From assembly GCF_050873505.1 (NCBI RefSeq), contig NZ_JBNMIY010000002.1:138930-202929 (forward strand): DNA of 64,000 nt, in the 5' to 3' direction. The position numbers and the translations under genes are program-made. The notes beneath the pieces are model-generated. The model had not been told where the DNA came from. It did not search any database and worked only from the letters and a program-made list of their open reading frames with translations. The stretch's first letter is position 1, and each line of letters begins with the position of its first letter. Of this stretch, positions 1-10,000 are shown piece after piece. The DNA comes from Candidatus Avelusimicrobium sp. (GTDB taxonomy: Bacteria > Elusimicrobiota > Elusimicrobia > Elusimicrobiales > Elusimicrobiaceae).

Positions 1-579
1 GCCCAAGGCATCGCAGGAGTCTTCAATCAGCCACAGATTGTGCTTTTTGCAGATATCCATAATGGCGTCCATATCAAACATATTCCCTAACGTGTGCGCC
101 AGAAAAATAGCCTTGGTTTTGGGCGAAAGGGCCGCTTCAATTTGTTTGACGTCAATGTTATAGGTGCCGATTTCGCAGTCCACAAACACGGGGATTAACC
201 CCTGCTGGATAATCGGGTTGACCGTAGTCGGAAAGCCTGCGGCCACGGAAATCACTTCGTCGCCCTTTTTAAGCCGTCTTTCACCCAGTTTATAAGAGGT
301 AAGGGCGGATAAGGCCAGCAAATTGGCCGAGGAGCCAGAGTTGGTGGATAAGGCAAATTTTACGCCTAAAAAGGCGGCAAAATCCTTTTCAAACTGGTCA
401 TTAAAGCGTCCCGCCGTCAGCCACATATCAAGCGTGGCGTCAATCATATTGGCCAGGTCCTGTTTGTCCAACAATTTGCCCGAAGCCGGGATATAAGATA
501 AATCCTTTTTAGCGCCGTAAATTTCGTCAAAATACTTGGCCGCCGCCGCTTGGACGGCTGCTCTTAATTCTTTTTCCAT
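1..579 (-). CDS. rfbH: RfbH/DdhC-like PLP-dependent CDP-4-keto-6-deoxyglucose 3-dehydrase (DegT/DnrJ/EryC1 family); first 193 codons only, 3' end lies beyond the window edge
   Basis: Absent from the ORF track because it is truncated. Manual translation from the ATG at 579 gives MEKELRAAVQAAAAKYFDEIYGAKKDLSYIPASGKLLD...WLTAGRFNDQFEKDF...STNSGSSANLLALSALTSYKLGERRLKKGDEVISVAAGFPTTVNPIIQQGLIPVFVD...HNLWLIEDSCDALG. This is collinear with Salmonella RfbH as I recall it. The start overlaps the rfbG stop. Confidence 0.85.
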   Translation of the reverse strand, partial: MEKELRAAVQAAAAKYFDEIYGAKKDLSYIPASGKLLDKQDLANMIDATLDMWLTAGRFNDQFEKDFAAFLGVKFALSTNSGSSANLLALSALTSYKLGERRLKKGDEVISVAAGFPTTVNPIIQQGLIPVFVDCEIGTYNIDVKQIEAALSPKTKAIFLAHTLGNMFDMDAIMDICKKHNLWLIEDSCDALG

Positions 580-1631
580 TGCATCTTCTCCATATATTCG
601 TTAATCTGGTGTAAGGTAAAATCGTACATCGGTTTACCTTCGTAAAATTGTTTGTACCAAATCACGCTCTTTTCCACGGCTTCTTCCGCCGTATAGGTGG
701 GCGTCCAGCCCAGGCGTTCCTTGGCCTTGGTAATGTCCAGCATCAGCAGGTTGGCTTCGTGCAAGTTATCCTTTTTATGCACCACCACTTCGCCTTTGCC
801 GTAATACTTTACCGCCAACTTGGCTACTTCGGCCACGGTCAAAACGCTGTCCGCCTTCGGGCCAAAGTTAAAGCCTTCGGCATATTCACGCCCCTTGGTA
901 TAGAGCAAATGCCCCAGTAATAAATAACCGGAAAGCGGTTCCAAAACGTGCTGCCACGGGCGCGTGGCGTGCGGGTTGCGTATTTCTATGGTCTTTCCCG
1001 CTTCTATGGAGCGCACACAATCGGGCAGTAAACGGTCTGCCGCCCAATCGCCCCCGCCGATTACGTTTCCCGCGCGGGCGGTAGCCAAGGCGTAGCCGTC
1101 CTGCAAGAAACTGCGGCGGTAAGACGAGGATAAAATTTCCACGCATCCCTTAGAGGAAGAATACATATCATATCCCCCCATCGGTTCGTCTTCTTTGTAG
1201 CCGCGGGCAACTTCTTTATTCTCGTAGCATTTATCGGTAGTAATGTTTACAAAGGCTTTTACCGAGGCGGTTTTGCGCGCCGCTTCCAATACGTTTAAGG
1301 AGCCCATTACGTTTGTTTCGTAGGTAAGCACCGGCTCCGCGTACGACAGACGCACCAAGGGCTGGGCTGCCAAGTGGAAAACGATTTCCGGCTGAAATTC
1401 CTCAAAGGTTTTATTCAAAAGGGTTCTATCCAAAATATCGCCAAAGACATTTTTGGCAATTTTATGCTCAATATCCAGCGCCGTAAACATAGAGGGCGTG
1501 GTGTTGGGTTTTAAGGCATACCCGCACACTTGGGCCCCCAGTTGGGTAAGCCACAAGGCAAGCCACGAACCCTTAAAGCCCGTGTGCCCGGTGAGTAAAA
1601 CGCGTTTGCCCTTATAGGTATCGCTCCACAT
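564..1631 (-). CDS. rfbG: CDP-glucose 4,6-dehydratase
   Basis: Contains the Rossmann motif VLLTGHTGFKGSWL and the SDR-type YSSSK. I prefer the ATG at 1631 (MWSDTYKGKR), which abuts the rfbF stop, over the longer track ORF running to 1676. Confidence 0.9.
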   Translation of the reverse strand: MWSDTYKGKRVLLTGHTGFKGSWLALWLTQLGAQVCGYALKPNTTPSMFTALDIEHKIAKNVFGDILDRTLLNKTFEEFQPEIVFHLAAQPLVRLSYAEPVLTYETNVMGSLNVLEAARKTASVKAFVNITTDKCYENKEVARGYKEDEPMGGYDMYSSSKGCVEILSSSYRRSFLQDGYALATARAGNVIGGGDWAADRLLPDCVRSIEAGKTIEIRNPHATRPWQHVLEPLSGYLLLGHLLYTKGREYAEGFNFGPKADSVLTVAEVAKLAVKYYGKGEVVVHKKDNLHEANLLMLDITKAKERLGWTPTYTAEEAVEKSVIWYKQFYEGKPMYDFTLHQINEYMEKMQWKKN

Positions 1632-1633
1632 AG

Positions 1634-2413
1634 TTAATCCTCCCACACCTTCCACGGAGCCTTTCCGTTGGTCCATTGTTCGTTAAGTTCAATTTTATCG
1701 CGCAGGGTGTCCATCGGGTGCCAAAAGCCGTAGTGCTTATAGGCGTTTAATTGGCTTTCTTTGGCCAGTTGCGTGAGCGGTTCGCGCTCCCACATAATAT
1801 TGTCCCCTTCCGGGATGTAGTCAAACGCCTGGGGCTCACAGACAAAGAAGCCGCCGTTTACCCAAGCACCATCCCCTACCGGCTTTTCCTGAAAGCGGGA
1901 AATGGTACCGCTGGGCTCAATATTAAGTGCGCCAAAGCGGCCTGTGGGCTGGACGGCCGTTAAGGTTACCAATTTGCCCGATTTTTTATGGCAGTCTAAC
2001 AACTTATTAATATCCACATCGGACACTCCGTCCCCGTACGTCAGCATAAAGGGTTCGTCGCCCACAAACTTGCGCGCCTGCTTAATACGGGAGCCCGTCA
2101 GCGCGTTGCGCCCCGTATATAACAAGGTAACCTTCCACGGTTCACAGCGGTTCATATGCACGTCAATTTTATTGGTTTGAAAGTCTATCGTAACATCGGA
2201 GTTGTTAGTATAGTAATTTACAAAGTATTCTTTGATGACTTCGCTCTTGTACCCGCACAAAATGACAAAATCCGTCAGGCCGTAGTGCGTGTATAATTTC
2301 ATAATATGCCAAATAATGGGATAACCGCCGATTTCTACCATTGGTTTGGGGCGGATAGAGGTTTCTTCACCCAGTCTGGTACCAAGGCCACCTGCCAACA
2401 AAAGAACTTTCAT
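1634..2413 (-). CDS. rfbF: Glucose-1-phosphate cytidylyltransferase
   Basis: The N-terminus MKVLLLAGGLGTRLGEETSIRPKPMVEIGG is typical of RfbF-type nucleotidyltransferases. It lies in an operon with rfbG and rfbH. Confidence 0.9.
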   Translation of the reverse strand: MKVLLLAGGLGTRLGEETSIRPKPMVEIGGYPIIWHIMKLYTHYGLTDFVILCGYKSEVIKEYFVNYYTNNSDVTIDFQTNKIDVHMNRCEPWKVTLLYTGRNALTGSRIKQARKFVGDEPFMLTYGDGVSDVDINKLLDCHKKSGKLVTLTAVQPTGRFGALNIEPSGTISRFQEKPVGDGAWVNGGFFVCEPQAFDYIPEGDNIMWEREPLTQLAKESQLNAYKHYGFWHPMDTLRDKIELNEQWTNGKAPWKVWED

Positions 2414-2695
2414 AGCAAACTCCTATATAAAAATGTTAAACGGGCACGCCCGTAAGTGTATTGTACGAAATTAAGAATTTATAACAAGCCCCTCAAAAGG
2501 GCTACGTTATGAAACAGTTGGTAGAGAGATTGGATAAACGAGAAAATGAGGGTTGTTCCCCTCAATAGGACTATTCTCCGCCAAGAGTTTATAGTACCCT
2601 TTTATTATAACACATAACAGCGGGACTTTGCATTGTGCAAAAAGCCCCTCCATAAACCTTATATTTGTATTATAATATAAAAGATAAAGAGTACC

Positions 2696-2779
2696 GGGCC
2701 TATAAAAGATATAGGTCCTTTGGTCCCCGTCCGGGTGGGCCCTTTGCCCCCTGGAAAAAACACAAAAAAGCGGTACAAT
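2696..2779 (+). promoter_or_regulatory. Control region of large paralog A. It contains the hairpin GGGCCTATA-aaaga-TATAGGTCC, two direct AGGYCCTTTGSYCCC-like motifs (2713-2728 and 2737-2751), and a candidate -10 TACAAT (2774-2779).
   Basis: Read directly from the sequence. The same layout recurs at 6931-7012, with an identical 37-nt offset from the second motif to TACAAT. An AAGGAG Shine-Dalgarno sits at 2799-2804. Confidence 0.4.
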
Positions 2780-2810
2780 ATAACTAGGCCTATTATATAA
2801 GGAGCGTCCT

Positions 2811-5800
2811 ATGCAATCTTTTCTCTGCCGTGTACTTGCCGTAGTATTTGCTTTAAATTGTATCCTCCCCACCCCCTCGGCGTGGGCGCAGGCTCGCCGT
2901 ACTTCTGCCCAAAAGGCTAAAACGGGTACGTCCTCCCGCCCTAACGTAGGGGCGGCGGTCTCCCAAGCGGCTGATAAGCAACTGCCTACGCAGATTAATC
3001 AGGCGGAAAAACGTTTTGACGACAGAAATCGCACATATTATCAGCGCTACCAAGATTTGGATAAATTGCACCAATTAAAAAAGAAAGAGGCCACGCAAGA
3101 AGAGGCCAGAGAGAAAAAAGCGGCGCAAGAGGCGGCCAGACAAGCGGCAGAGACCTACCAGCAAGATCTGCGCTCCGGCAGAGTGGTAGCGCGGGATGCT
3201 ACTTATGTGGCTCCGCAAATACAGGCTACTCCGATAAAAGCCCCTAAAAACGATGTCTTGGTGCTTCTGTCCAAAGATGAACTGACACTCCAAAATATGG
3301 GTGATTTTATTGACCCGATGGGCAACCCCAACGATAACTATTTGATGAATACCGTCTATGCTTCCGAGGCCTTGGGCAACACGGTAGATTATATGTTGCA
3401 AATGGTGCAAAGCGGCAACGCGGACCCGACCGCCTTGGAAGAATTTAACAGCGACTTGGAAAGCGTTTATATGCGTATGGCGTACCGTGAGGGGATGCTT
3501 TCCTCTATGGCGCACGATTCTATGATTCGCACAATGGCGGTAGGTTCGTTGCGTATTGCTATGCTCAAAGCGCACAACTACTTGGTTGCCGTAAAAAAAC
3601 AGGACCCGCTTTTAACGCAACAGCAAATTCCCGGTCCTGGTAAAAAAATGACCATTACCACCTATGATACGGTTATGGTCAAACTGCCGGGTACGGACGG
3701 AAAAATGTCCTTTAAGACCAAAAGAGTTCCCAAAAAAGTTACCCAATATGTAAAACAATCGGGCTCGGTGCTTCCGGCTGACCATTTTACTTCGGCGCAA
3801 AACAAATATATTGCCGAAATGGCGGCTGCCGCCAAAAAAGGCCTTAAATCCGACGATGAAAAATTCCAAGATGTTTTGGCCTTGGCGGATTATGCCACCA
3901 AATATACCTTGCTTAATGATCCCTCTTTGGTGGGCGTCTTGGTAAAAACTTTTGACAGCGGCGCCAAAGACAGCGATTTTAAAGCGGACAACGCCCCTGT
4001 GGTAAACCAAATTCTTGCGGGTATAGTGGATGATGCCCGCCAGGAAGCCCGCGGGTCCCAAAAGTGGAACAATGCGATGCAGTTCTTCAAAAACTTTTCC
4101 GACCCGAAGGTTTACTCTCTTTCCACGCGTGTAATCGCGCTGGAAGCGGCGTCCGTGTTAATGGGCAATCAAGCCGGAAACGAAATGAGCAAGGGCGAAT
4201 TTGCTTTGCGCAAAACTCTTGCCCGCCGCGCGGCTGATTTGTATGAACCGTTACAAGGTTCCTATTATAAGGATTACGGCTTGGATTCCAAACAGATGCA
4301 GGCGTTGTCCGACAAGTTGGCGGGTATTTACAACCAATTTGCTACGGAACCTTTAAAACTGGTGGAATACATCAATACCGGGTCCGAACCCGTTGCCGGA
4401 ATTAAAGGACTCATTTCCCCCGGCGAAAAAGGTTTAATTGTCGCCAACGACCCCAATACCTCTATTCCGGCTATTGCGCCTGCTAACAGCGGCTATATGG
4501 TGGAAAACCCGGACGGCTCTCTCCGTACGATTTACGGGTATGTATATACGTCCAAAGGTCGCTGGGTGGAAATTGCCCAACACAACGGTTTAAACCGTGC
4601 TAAGGTGGATAAAGAAAACGCCACGGCGTTCTTCTGGTTTGTGGGCGAAGCCGTCCTGTGGGTATATGGCGGCGCTATTTTGGAAACGGCCTGCCAAGCC
4701 TTCCGCTTTGCGCGCGGGGCAATGCTGGCGATGCCGAAAGCCCTTAACGCGGCCGCCAAATCCAATAAAGGCCGTGCTCTTTTGACCTTCCGCGTGGAAC
4801 TGACCAAAGCGGGGCGGTTATCCTCTTATACTGCAAAAGCCGTTGATAATAACGTCATTATGGCTGTGCGCTATATTGACAAAGGCAAGGCTCCGGCTAC
4901 TACGCTCCCGTCCAAAATGGGCGAAGGGCTTGCCCCTGTCGTCAAAACAAAGGTAATTGCCCAGCCGGGCCGCTCCTCTATGCGCTTTTTGCAGAACGAA
5001 TACTCCCGCCTGAATCCGAAACGCTGGGTGGGTATGACGCCCAACCGTGAAATTGTCGGCGTAGATTTTTACCAGGTATTGCCCGGTGGCGTACAAAATG
5101 CGGGCTCGGTAAACTTTACGGGCAGATTGGCCTCGCTCCAAGGCGGTGTGAAGGATTACGATATGCTGCGCTTAATGAACCACGGCGTGCAAGGGATGCA
5201 AAAATCCGAGTGGATGTATCCTTGGCTTAAATTGTCGGTGCCGCAACTGCGCGAAGCGCGGGCTTATTCCCGTATGATGGGTATGTCCGAAGATGCGGCA
5301 AAATCCGGCGCGTTTGACGGCTGGGTAGAGGTTAAAATGCCGGTGTACGGTTCGGACAAAATGCCGGTACTGGCCAGCCAACCGGGTGCCACGGGCGTAA
5401 CGATGGAAAATTCGTGGTGGAACTTAACCAAGTTGGGCAAGCCGGGCAACGAACTGGCCGGAACAGATGTGGTAATAGCCCCGGCAATGGGCCGTGCTTC
5501 TGCCTTGACCACCTTTGACCCGCTTTCTATTCCGGGGGCTGTCAAATTCCCGGCGCAAATGCTTGCCAACGGGCAATGGGCGGAACAAGTCAGCCAGCAA
5601 TATTTTAGAATTGCCAACTATAATAATAAATTCTTGGATTCGTTTATGCCGCGCCTGGTGCCGACGAAAGCCTTTGCCACGGAATTTTTGACCAACCCGC
5701 GCTTTGCGTGGAGTATGGGCAAGGCTTGGCTGAAAACCAGTTCCTTTACGCAAGGCGTAGCCGGAAACCTGATCTTCTTCGGCGCCTTAGCCGGAGCGGA

Positions 5801-6845
5801 CTATGGGACCTATCCGTTAGTAATGGGCCACATTACGGGTAAAGGCGAGCAAGAGGTAAAAGCAGAAATGGCTAAACCCAAATACGGGGGCGCCTACGAC
5901 CCGGCTAAACTCAAAGAGGACGAGAAAAACCAAGAAGAAGTTTTGGCACAACTCAAAGCCGAAGGCCAGGACTATAACACCAAGCAAATGGACACCTATG
6001 AAACGGTAACCGGAGCGGAAAAGGAGTCCCGTGAAGGTATGTTTATGGGGTCTCCGATTATCTTCGGGCGCGAAGCCTTAGGCAACTTGGGCGTAATGGA
6101 AAATATGTATGTTACCACGCCCTTAAAGAAACGCTTGCAGTATCAGGCGGCCAGCGTGAACTTTAACCGCGCGTCCGGCGAGGGCAACAAAGTAAAGAAC
6201 CAAAAAGCCCTTGATAACATTATTAAGGCGCAAACTGAGATGATAGCGGTGCAAAAACGCGTTACCTTGGAAAGTTACAAACCGTATGTTTCCGCCGCCG
6301 AACTGAAACAAATGGGCGCTTGGTACGATGAGTATTTAAACACGGTGATTGCTTCCTTGCGCAGCAATGCTCCGTCTGCTGTCAAGCAGAAACAGCAGGA
6401 AGATGCGGCAAACTTGCTGAATTCCCGTTTGTTTGAAGTAAAAGACAAAGTAGAGCGGAAAATGGAACTCTTGGGCGAAGAAGCCACCGACCAAGCAAAG
6501 GCCCAAGATGAAATGATGTTGGCTTCGGAAAAATCGGGCTGGATTACCGCCTTTGAGCAGTATGGCTTGGCAGATAAATCTGCCGAAGTAACAGTGTTCT
6601 TTGATTCCTTTATCCCGCGCTTTTTGAAGGCGTATGATATCAAGGATGCAACCGCCAGAAACGCGGCTCTTGATAAATTGGTTAGCGAATATGAAAACAA
6701 GTGCACGGAGTGGAATAGCCTTCTCCAACCTGAGGCCACTAAACGCCAAGAGATGGTAAGAACCGAGAAGGGCGAACCGGATTTTTCAACGGATGACGAC
6801 CAACTCCAAAACTTCCAAGTAGAAAAGCCGGCAACTGCGCAATAA
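2811..6845 (+). CDS. Large (1344 aa) signal-peptide protein of unknown function, paralog A; two internal hydrophobic segments and K/E/Q/A-rich coiled-coil-like ends
   Basis: A 4-kb uninterrupted ORF with a strong SD and the signal peptide MQSFLCRVLAVVFALNCILPTPSAWA|Q. Hydrophobic segments are FFWFVGEAVLWVYGGAILETA and GNLIFFGALAGADYGTYPLVMG. I recognise no known domain. Confidence 0.85.
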   Translation: MQSFLCRVLAVVFALNCILPTPSAWAQARRTSAQKAKTGTSSRPNVGAAVSQAADKQLPTQINQAEKRFDDRNRTYYQRYQDLDKLHQLKKKEATQEEAREKKAAQEAARQAAETYQQDLRSGRVVARDATYVAPQIQATPIKAPKNDVLVLLSKDELTLQNMGDFIDPMGNPNDNYLMNTVYASEALGNTVDYMLQMVQSGNADPTALEEFNSDLESVYMRMAYREGMLSSMAHDSMIRTMAVGSLRIAMLKAHNYLVAVKKQDPLLTQQQIPGPGKKMTITTYDTVMVKLPGTDGKMSFKTKRVPKKVTQYVKQSGSVLPADHFTSAQNKYIAEMAAAAKKGLKSDDEKFQDVLALADYATKYTLLNDPSLVGVLVKTFDSGAKDSDFKADNAPVVNQILAGIVDDARQEARGSQKWNNAMQFFKNFSDPKVYSLSTRVIALEAASVLMGNQAGNEMSKGEFALRKTLARRAADLYEPLQGSYYKDYGLDSKQMQALSDKLAGIYNQFATEPLKLVEYINTGSEPVAGIKGLISPGEKGLIVANDPNTSIPAIAPANSGYMVENPDGSLRTIYGYVYTSKGRWVEIAQHNGLNRAKVDKENATAFFWFVGEAVLWVYGGAILETACQAFRFARGAMLAMPKALNAAAKSNKGRALLTFRVELTKAGRLSSYTAKAVDNNVIMAVRYIDKGKAPATTLPSKMGEGLAPVVKTKVIAQPGRSSMRFLQNEYSRLNPKRWVGMTPNREIVGVDFYQVLPGGVQNAGSVNFTGRLASLQGGVKDYDMLRLMNHGVQGMQKSEWMYPWLKLSVPQLREARAYSRMMGMSEDAAKSGAFDGWVEVKMPVYGSDKMPVLASQPGATGVTMENSWWNLTKLGKPGNELAGTDVVIAPAMGRASALTTFDPLSIPGAVKFPAQMLANGQWAEQVSQQYFRIANYNNKFLDSFMPRLVPTKAFATEFLTNPRFAWSMGKAWLKTSSFTQGVAGNLIFFGALAGADYGTYPLVMGHITGKGEQEVKAEMAKPKYGGAYDPAKLKEDEKNQEEVLAQLKAEGQDYNTKQMDTYETVTGAEKESREGMFMGSPIIFGREALGNLGVMENMYVTTPLKKRLQYQAASVNFNRASGEGNKVKNQKALDNIIKAQTEMIAVQKRVTLESYKPYVSAAELKQMGAWYDEYLNTVIASLRSNAPSAVKQKQQEDAANLLNSRLFEVKDKVERKMELLGEEATDQAKAQDEMMLASEKSGWITAFEQYGLADKSAEVTVFFDSFIPRFLKAYDIKDATARNAALDKLVSEYENKCTEWNSLLQPEATKRQEMVRTEKGEPDFSTDDDQLQNFQVEKPATAQ

Positions 6846-6864
6846 CAAGTCTGTATAAGATAAA

Positions 6865-6904
6865 ACACCCCGGGGTAACCAAATATCCCGGGGTGTTTTT
6901 TTTG
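6865..6904 (+). terminator. Intrinsic terminator of paralog A
   Basis: A perfect 10-bp stem ACACCCCGGG/CCCGGGGTGT is followed by T8. Confidence 0.75.
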
Positions 6905-6930
6905 CGGGTTGCGCAAGATTGTTCCCCAAA

Positions 6931-7012
6931 GGACCTATAATAATATAGGCCCTTTGCCCTCTTAAAAATAGGCCTTTTGCTCCCTGGCAAAAACGTCAAA
7001 AAGCGGTACAAT
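6931..7012 (+). promoter_or_regulatory. Control region of large paralog B. It contains the hairpin GGACCTATA-ataa-TATAGGCCC, direct motifs at 6947-6961 and 6970-6984, and a candidate -10 TACAAT (7007-7012).
   Basis: This is a duplicate of the 2696-2779 region. The last ~50 nt before the ATG are nearly identical between the two copies. Confidence 0.4.
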
Positions 7013-7043
7013 ATAACTAGGTCTATTATATAAGGAGCGTCCT

Positions 7044-10000
7044 ATGCAATCTTTTCTCTGCCGTGTACTTGCCGTAGTATTTGCTTTAAATTGTATCCTC
7101 CCCACCCCCTCGGCGTGGGCGCAGGTTCGCCGTGCGCCTGCCCAAAAGGCTAAAACGGGTACATCCTCCCGCACTAATGTAGGGGCGGCGGTCTCCCAAG
7201 CGGCGGACAAGCAACTTCAAACCAAGATTAACAACGCCACCAAACGTTACGAAAACAGAAAGTTGACGTGGGTGCAACGCAAAAACGCGTTGGTGGAATT
7301 ACACCGTTTAAAAGACCAACAGGCCACGCAAGAAGAGGCCAGAGCGAAAAAAGCGGCGCAAGAGGCGGCCAGACAAGCGGCAGAGGCTTACCAGCAAGAT
7401 CTGCGCTCCGGCAGAGTGGTCGCGCGGGATGCTACTTATGTGGCCCCCAGACCCGTTACCCTGCCCATAAAAGCCCCCAAAAATGATGTTCTGGAACTGT
7501 TGGCCAACGATGAACTGACGCTCCAAAATATGGGTGAGTTTATTGACCCGATGGGCAACCCCAACGATAACTATTTAATGAATACCGTCTATGCTTCCGA
7601 AGCCTTGGGCAACACGCTAGATTATATGCAGGAAATGGCAAAAAACGGCAGTATGGACGGGGCTGCCTTGGCGCAGTTCAACCAAGATTTAAAGGATGTT
7701 TATCTTCGTATGGCCTACCGCGAAATATCTCTCTCCGCCAAACCGCACGATAGTATGGTGCGTACTATGGCGGTGGGGTCTTTGCGTATTGCTATGCTTA
7801 AAACGCATAACTATTTTACGGCTATGGGCATAAAGGACCCGCTCCTTACCAAGCAAAACCAACCTGTGGCCACCACCGGCAAAGGCTCTACCAAGCCATA
7901 TACAGAATTGGACGGAAAGCGCATCTTTTATCCTACTCCCAATGCCCAGTCTGTACTGCCACCTAACTATTTTGAGGCTCTTCAAAACAAATATATTAAC
8001 GAAATGACCGCCGCAGCCAAGTTGGGCGTGAAAACCTCCGACGAAAAATTCCAAGATGTTTTGGCATTGGCGGACTATGCCACCAAATATACCTTGCTTA
8101 ATGACCCACTTTCCGTGGCTGTATTAGTCAAAAAATTTGACAGCAGTGCCAAAGATACCGATTTTAAAGCGGATAATGCCCCAGTAGTAAACCAGATTAT
8201 TGCGGGCGTAGTAGATGAGGCCCGCCAGGAAGCCCGCGGGTCCCAAAAATGGAATAACGCGATGCAGTTTTTCGCAAATTTCTCCGATCCAAAGTCTTAC
8301 TCCCTGTCCACACGCGTAATTGCTCTGGAAGCGGCTTCCGTGTTAATGGGTAACCAGGCTGGCGATAAAATGGGCCAAGGCGAATTTGCTTTGCGCCAAA
8401 CCTTTGCCCGCAGAGCGGCTGATTTGTATGAACCGTTGCAAGGTTCCTACTATAAAGATTATGGCTTGGATTCCAAACAAATGCAAGCACTGTCCGACAA
8501 ACTGTCCAACATTTACAACCAATTTGCTACGGAACCCTTAAAACTGGTGGAAATTACCAATAATGGGACTACGGCTATTCCGGGCGTGAAAGGGCTTATT
8601 GAGCCCGGAGAAAAAGGTATCGTTATTGCTAACGACCCCAAGACCTCTATTCCCGCCATTGCGCCTGCCAACAGCGGCAATATGGTGCAAAACCCGGATG
8701 GCTCCGTCCGTACGATTTACGGGTATGTATATACCTCCAAGGGCCGCTGGGTGGAAATTGCCCAACATAACAATTTAAATAGGGCCAAAGTGGATAAGGA
8801 AAACGCCACGGCGTTCTTTAAATTCGTGGGCGATGTGTTTTTGTGGGTATATGCCGGTGCCATTTTGCAAACGGCGTGCCAAGCATTTAGTTTTGCCCGC
8901 GGCGCAATGCTGGCCTTGCCGAAAGCCCTTAATGTGGCCGCCAAATCCAATAAAGGGCGCAAACTCTTAGCGTTCCGCGTGGAACTGACCAAAGCCGGGC
9001 GTTTGGCTTCTTATACCGCAAAGGCCGCTGGTAATAATGTTACGCTAACCGTGCGTTATATTGAAACAGGCAAAGCCCCCACCACTACCCTTCCGGCTAA
9101 GATGGGCGAAGGCGTTGCCCCGGTGGTCAAGAAAGTGGAACAGCCGTCTATGCGTGTTTTACAGAACAAATACCCCCTCTGGAACCCGAACCGCTGGTTG
9201 GGGCTGCCCCGCAACCGCCAAATTATCGGGTTAGATGCTTCCCAAGTGTTACCTGGTGGGGTTGTAAATAATTGGTCTTTGGATTTTACGGGTAGATTGG
9301 CCTCCTTGCAGGACGGCGTGAAGAATTACGAGATGTTGCGCTTAATAAACCACAGTATCCAAGGTGCACAAAAATCTGTTGGGATTTATCCTTGGCGGCT
9401 TTTGACCTTTGCAGAACTGCGCGAAGCACAGGCCTATTCCCGTATGTATGCTATAAGCCAAAATGTAGCCCAATCAGGCGGGTTTGACGGCTGGGTAAAT
9501 GTTAAAATACCGGTGTACGGTTCGGACAAAATGCCGGTATTGGCCAGCCAACCGGGTGCCACGGGTGTAACGATGGAAACTTCGTGGTTTAACGTTACCA
9601 AATTGGGCAAACCTGCCAATGAACTGGCGAGTACCGATGTGGTAATTGCCCCGGCAATGGGCCGTGCTTCCGCCTTGACTACCTTTGACCCGCTTTCTAT
9701 CCCGGGGGCTGTCAAATTCCCGGCGCAAATGTTAAAAGACGGCCAATGGGTGCGCCAAGTAGGGGAGCAATATTTTAGCGTTGCCACCTATAATAATAAA
9801 TTAGGAAATTTGTTTATGCCTCACCTTATTCCGACAAAAGCCTTTGCGCAGGAATTTGTTACCAACCCGCGCTTTGCTTGGACTATGGGCAAGGCTTGGC
9901 TGAAAAACAGTGCCTTCGCTCAGAATCTTAAATTCTTCGGCTGGTGGGCTCTGGCGGACTATGCAGTCTATCCGTTCGTAATGGGCCACGTTACGGGTAA

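Noticed and set aside
2507-2872. Minus-strand ORFs 2507-2872 and 6962-7210, which share the peptide GRIQFKANTTASTRQRKDCIGRSLYNRPSYIVPLF.
   Set aside because: The shared peptide merely reflects the duplicated promoter, 5' UTR and signal-peptide DNA of the two large paralogs read on the wrong strand.
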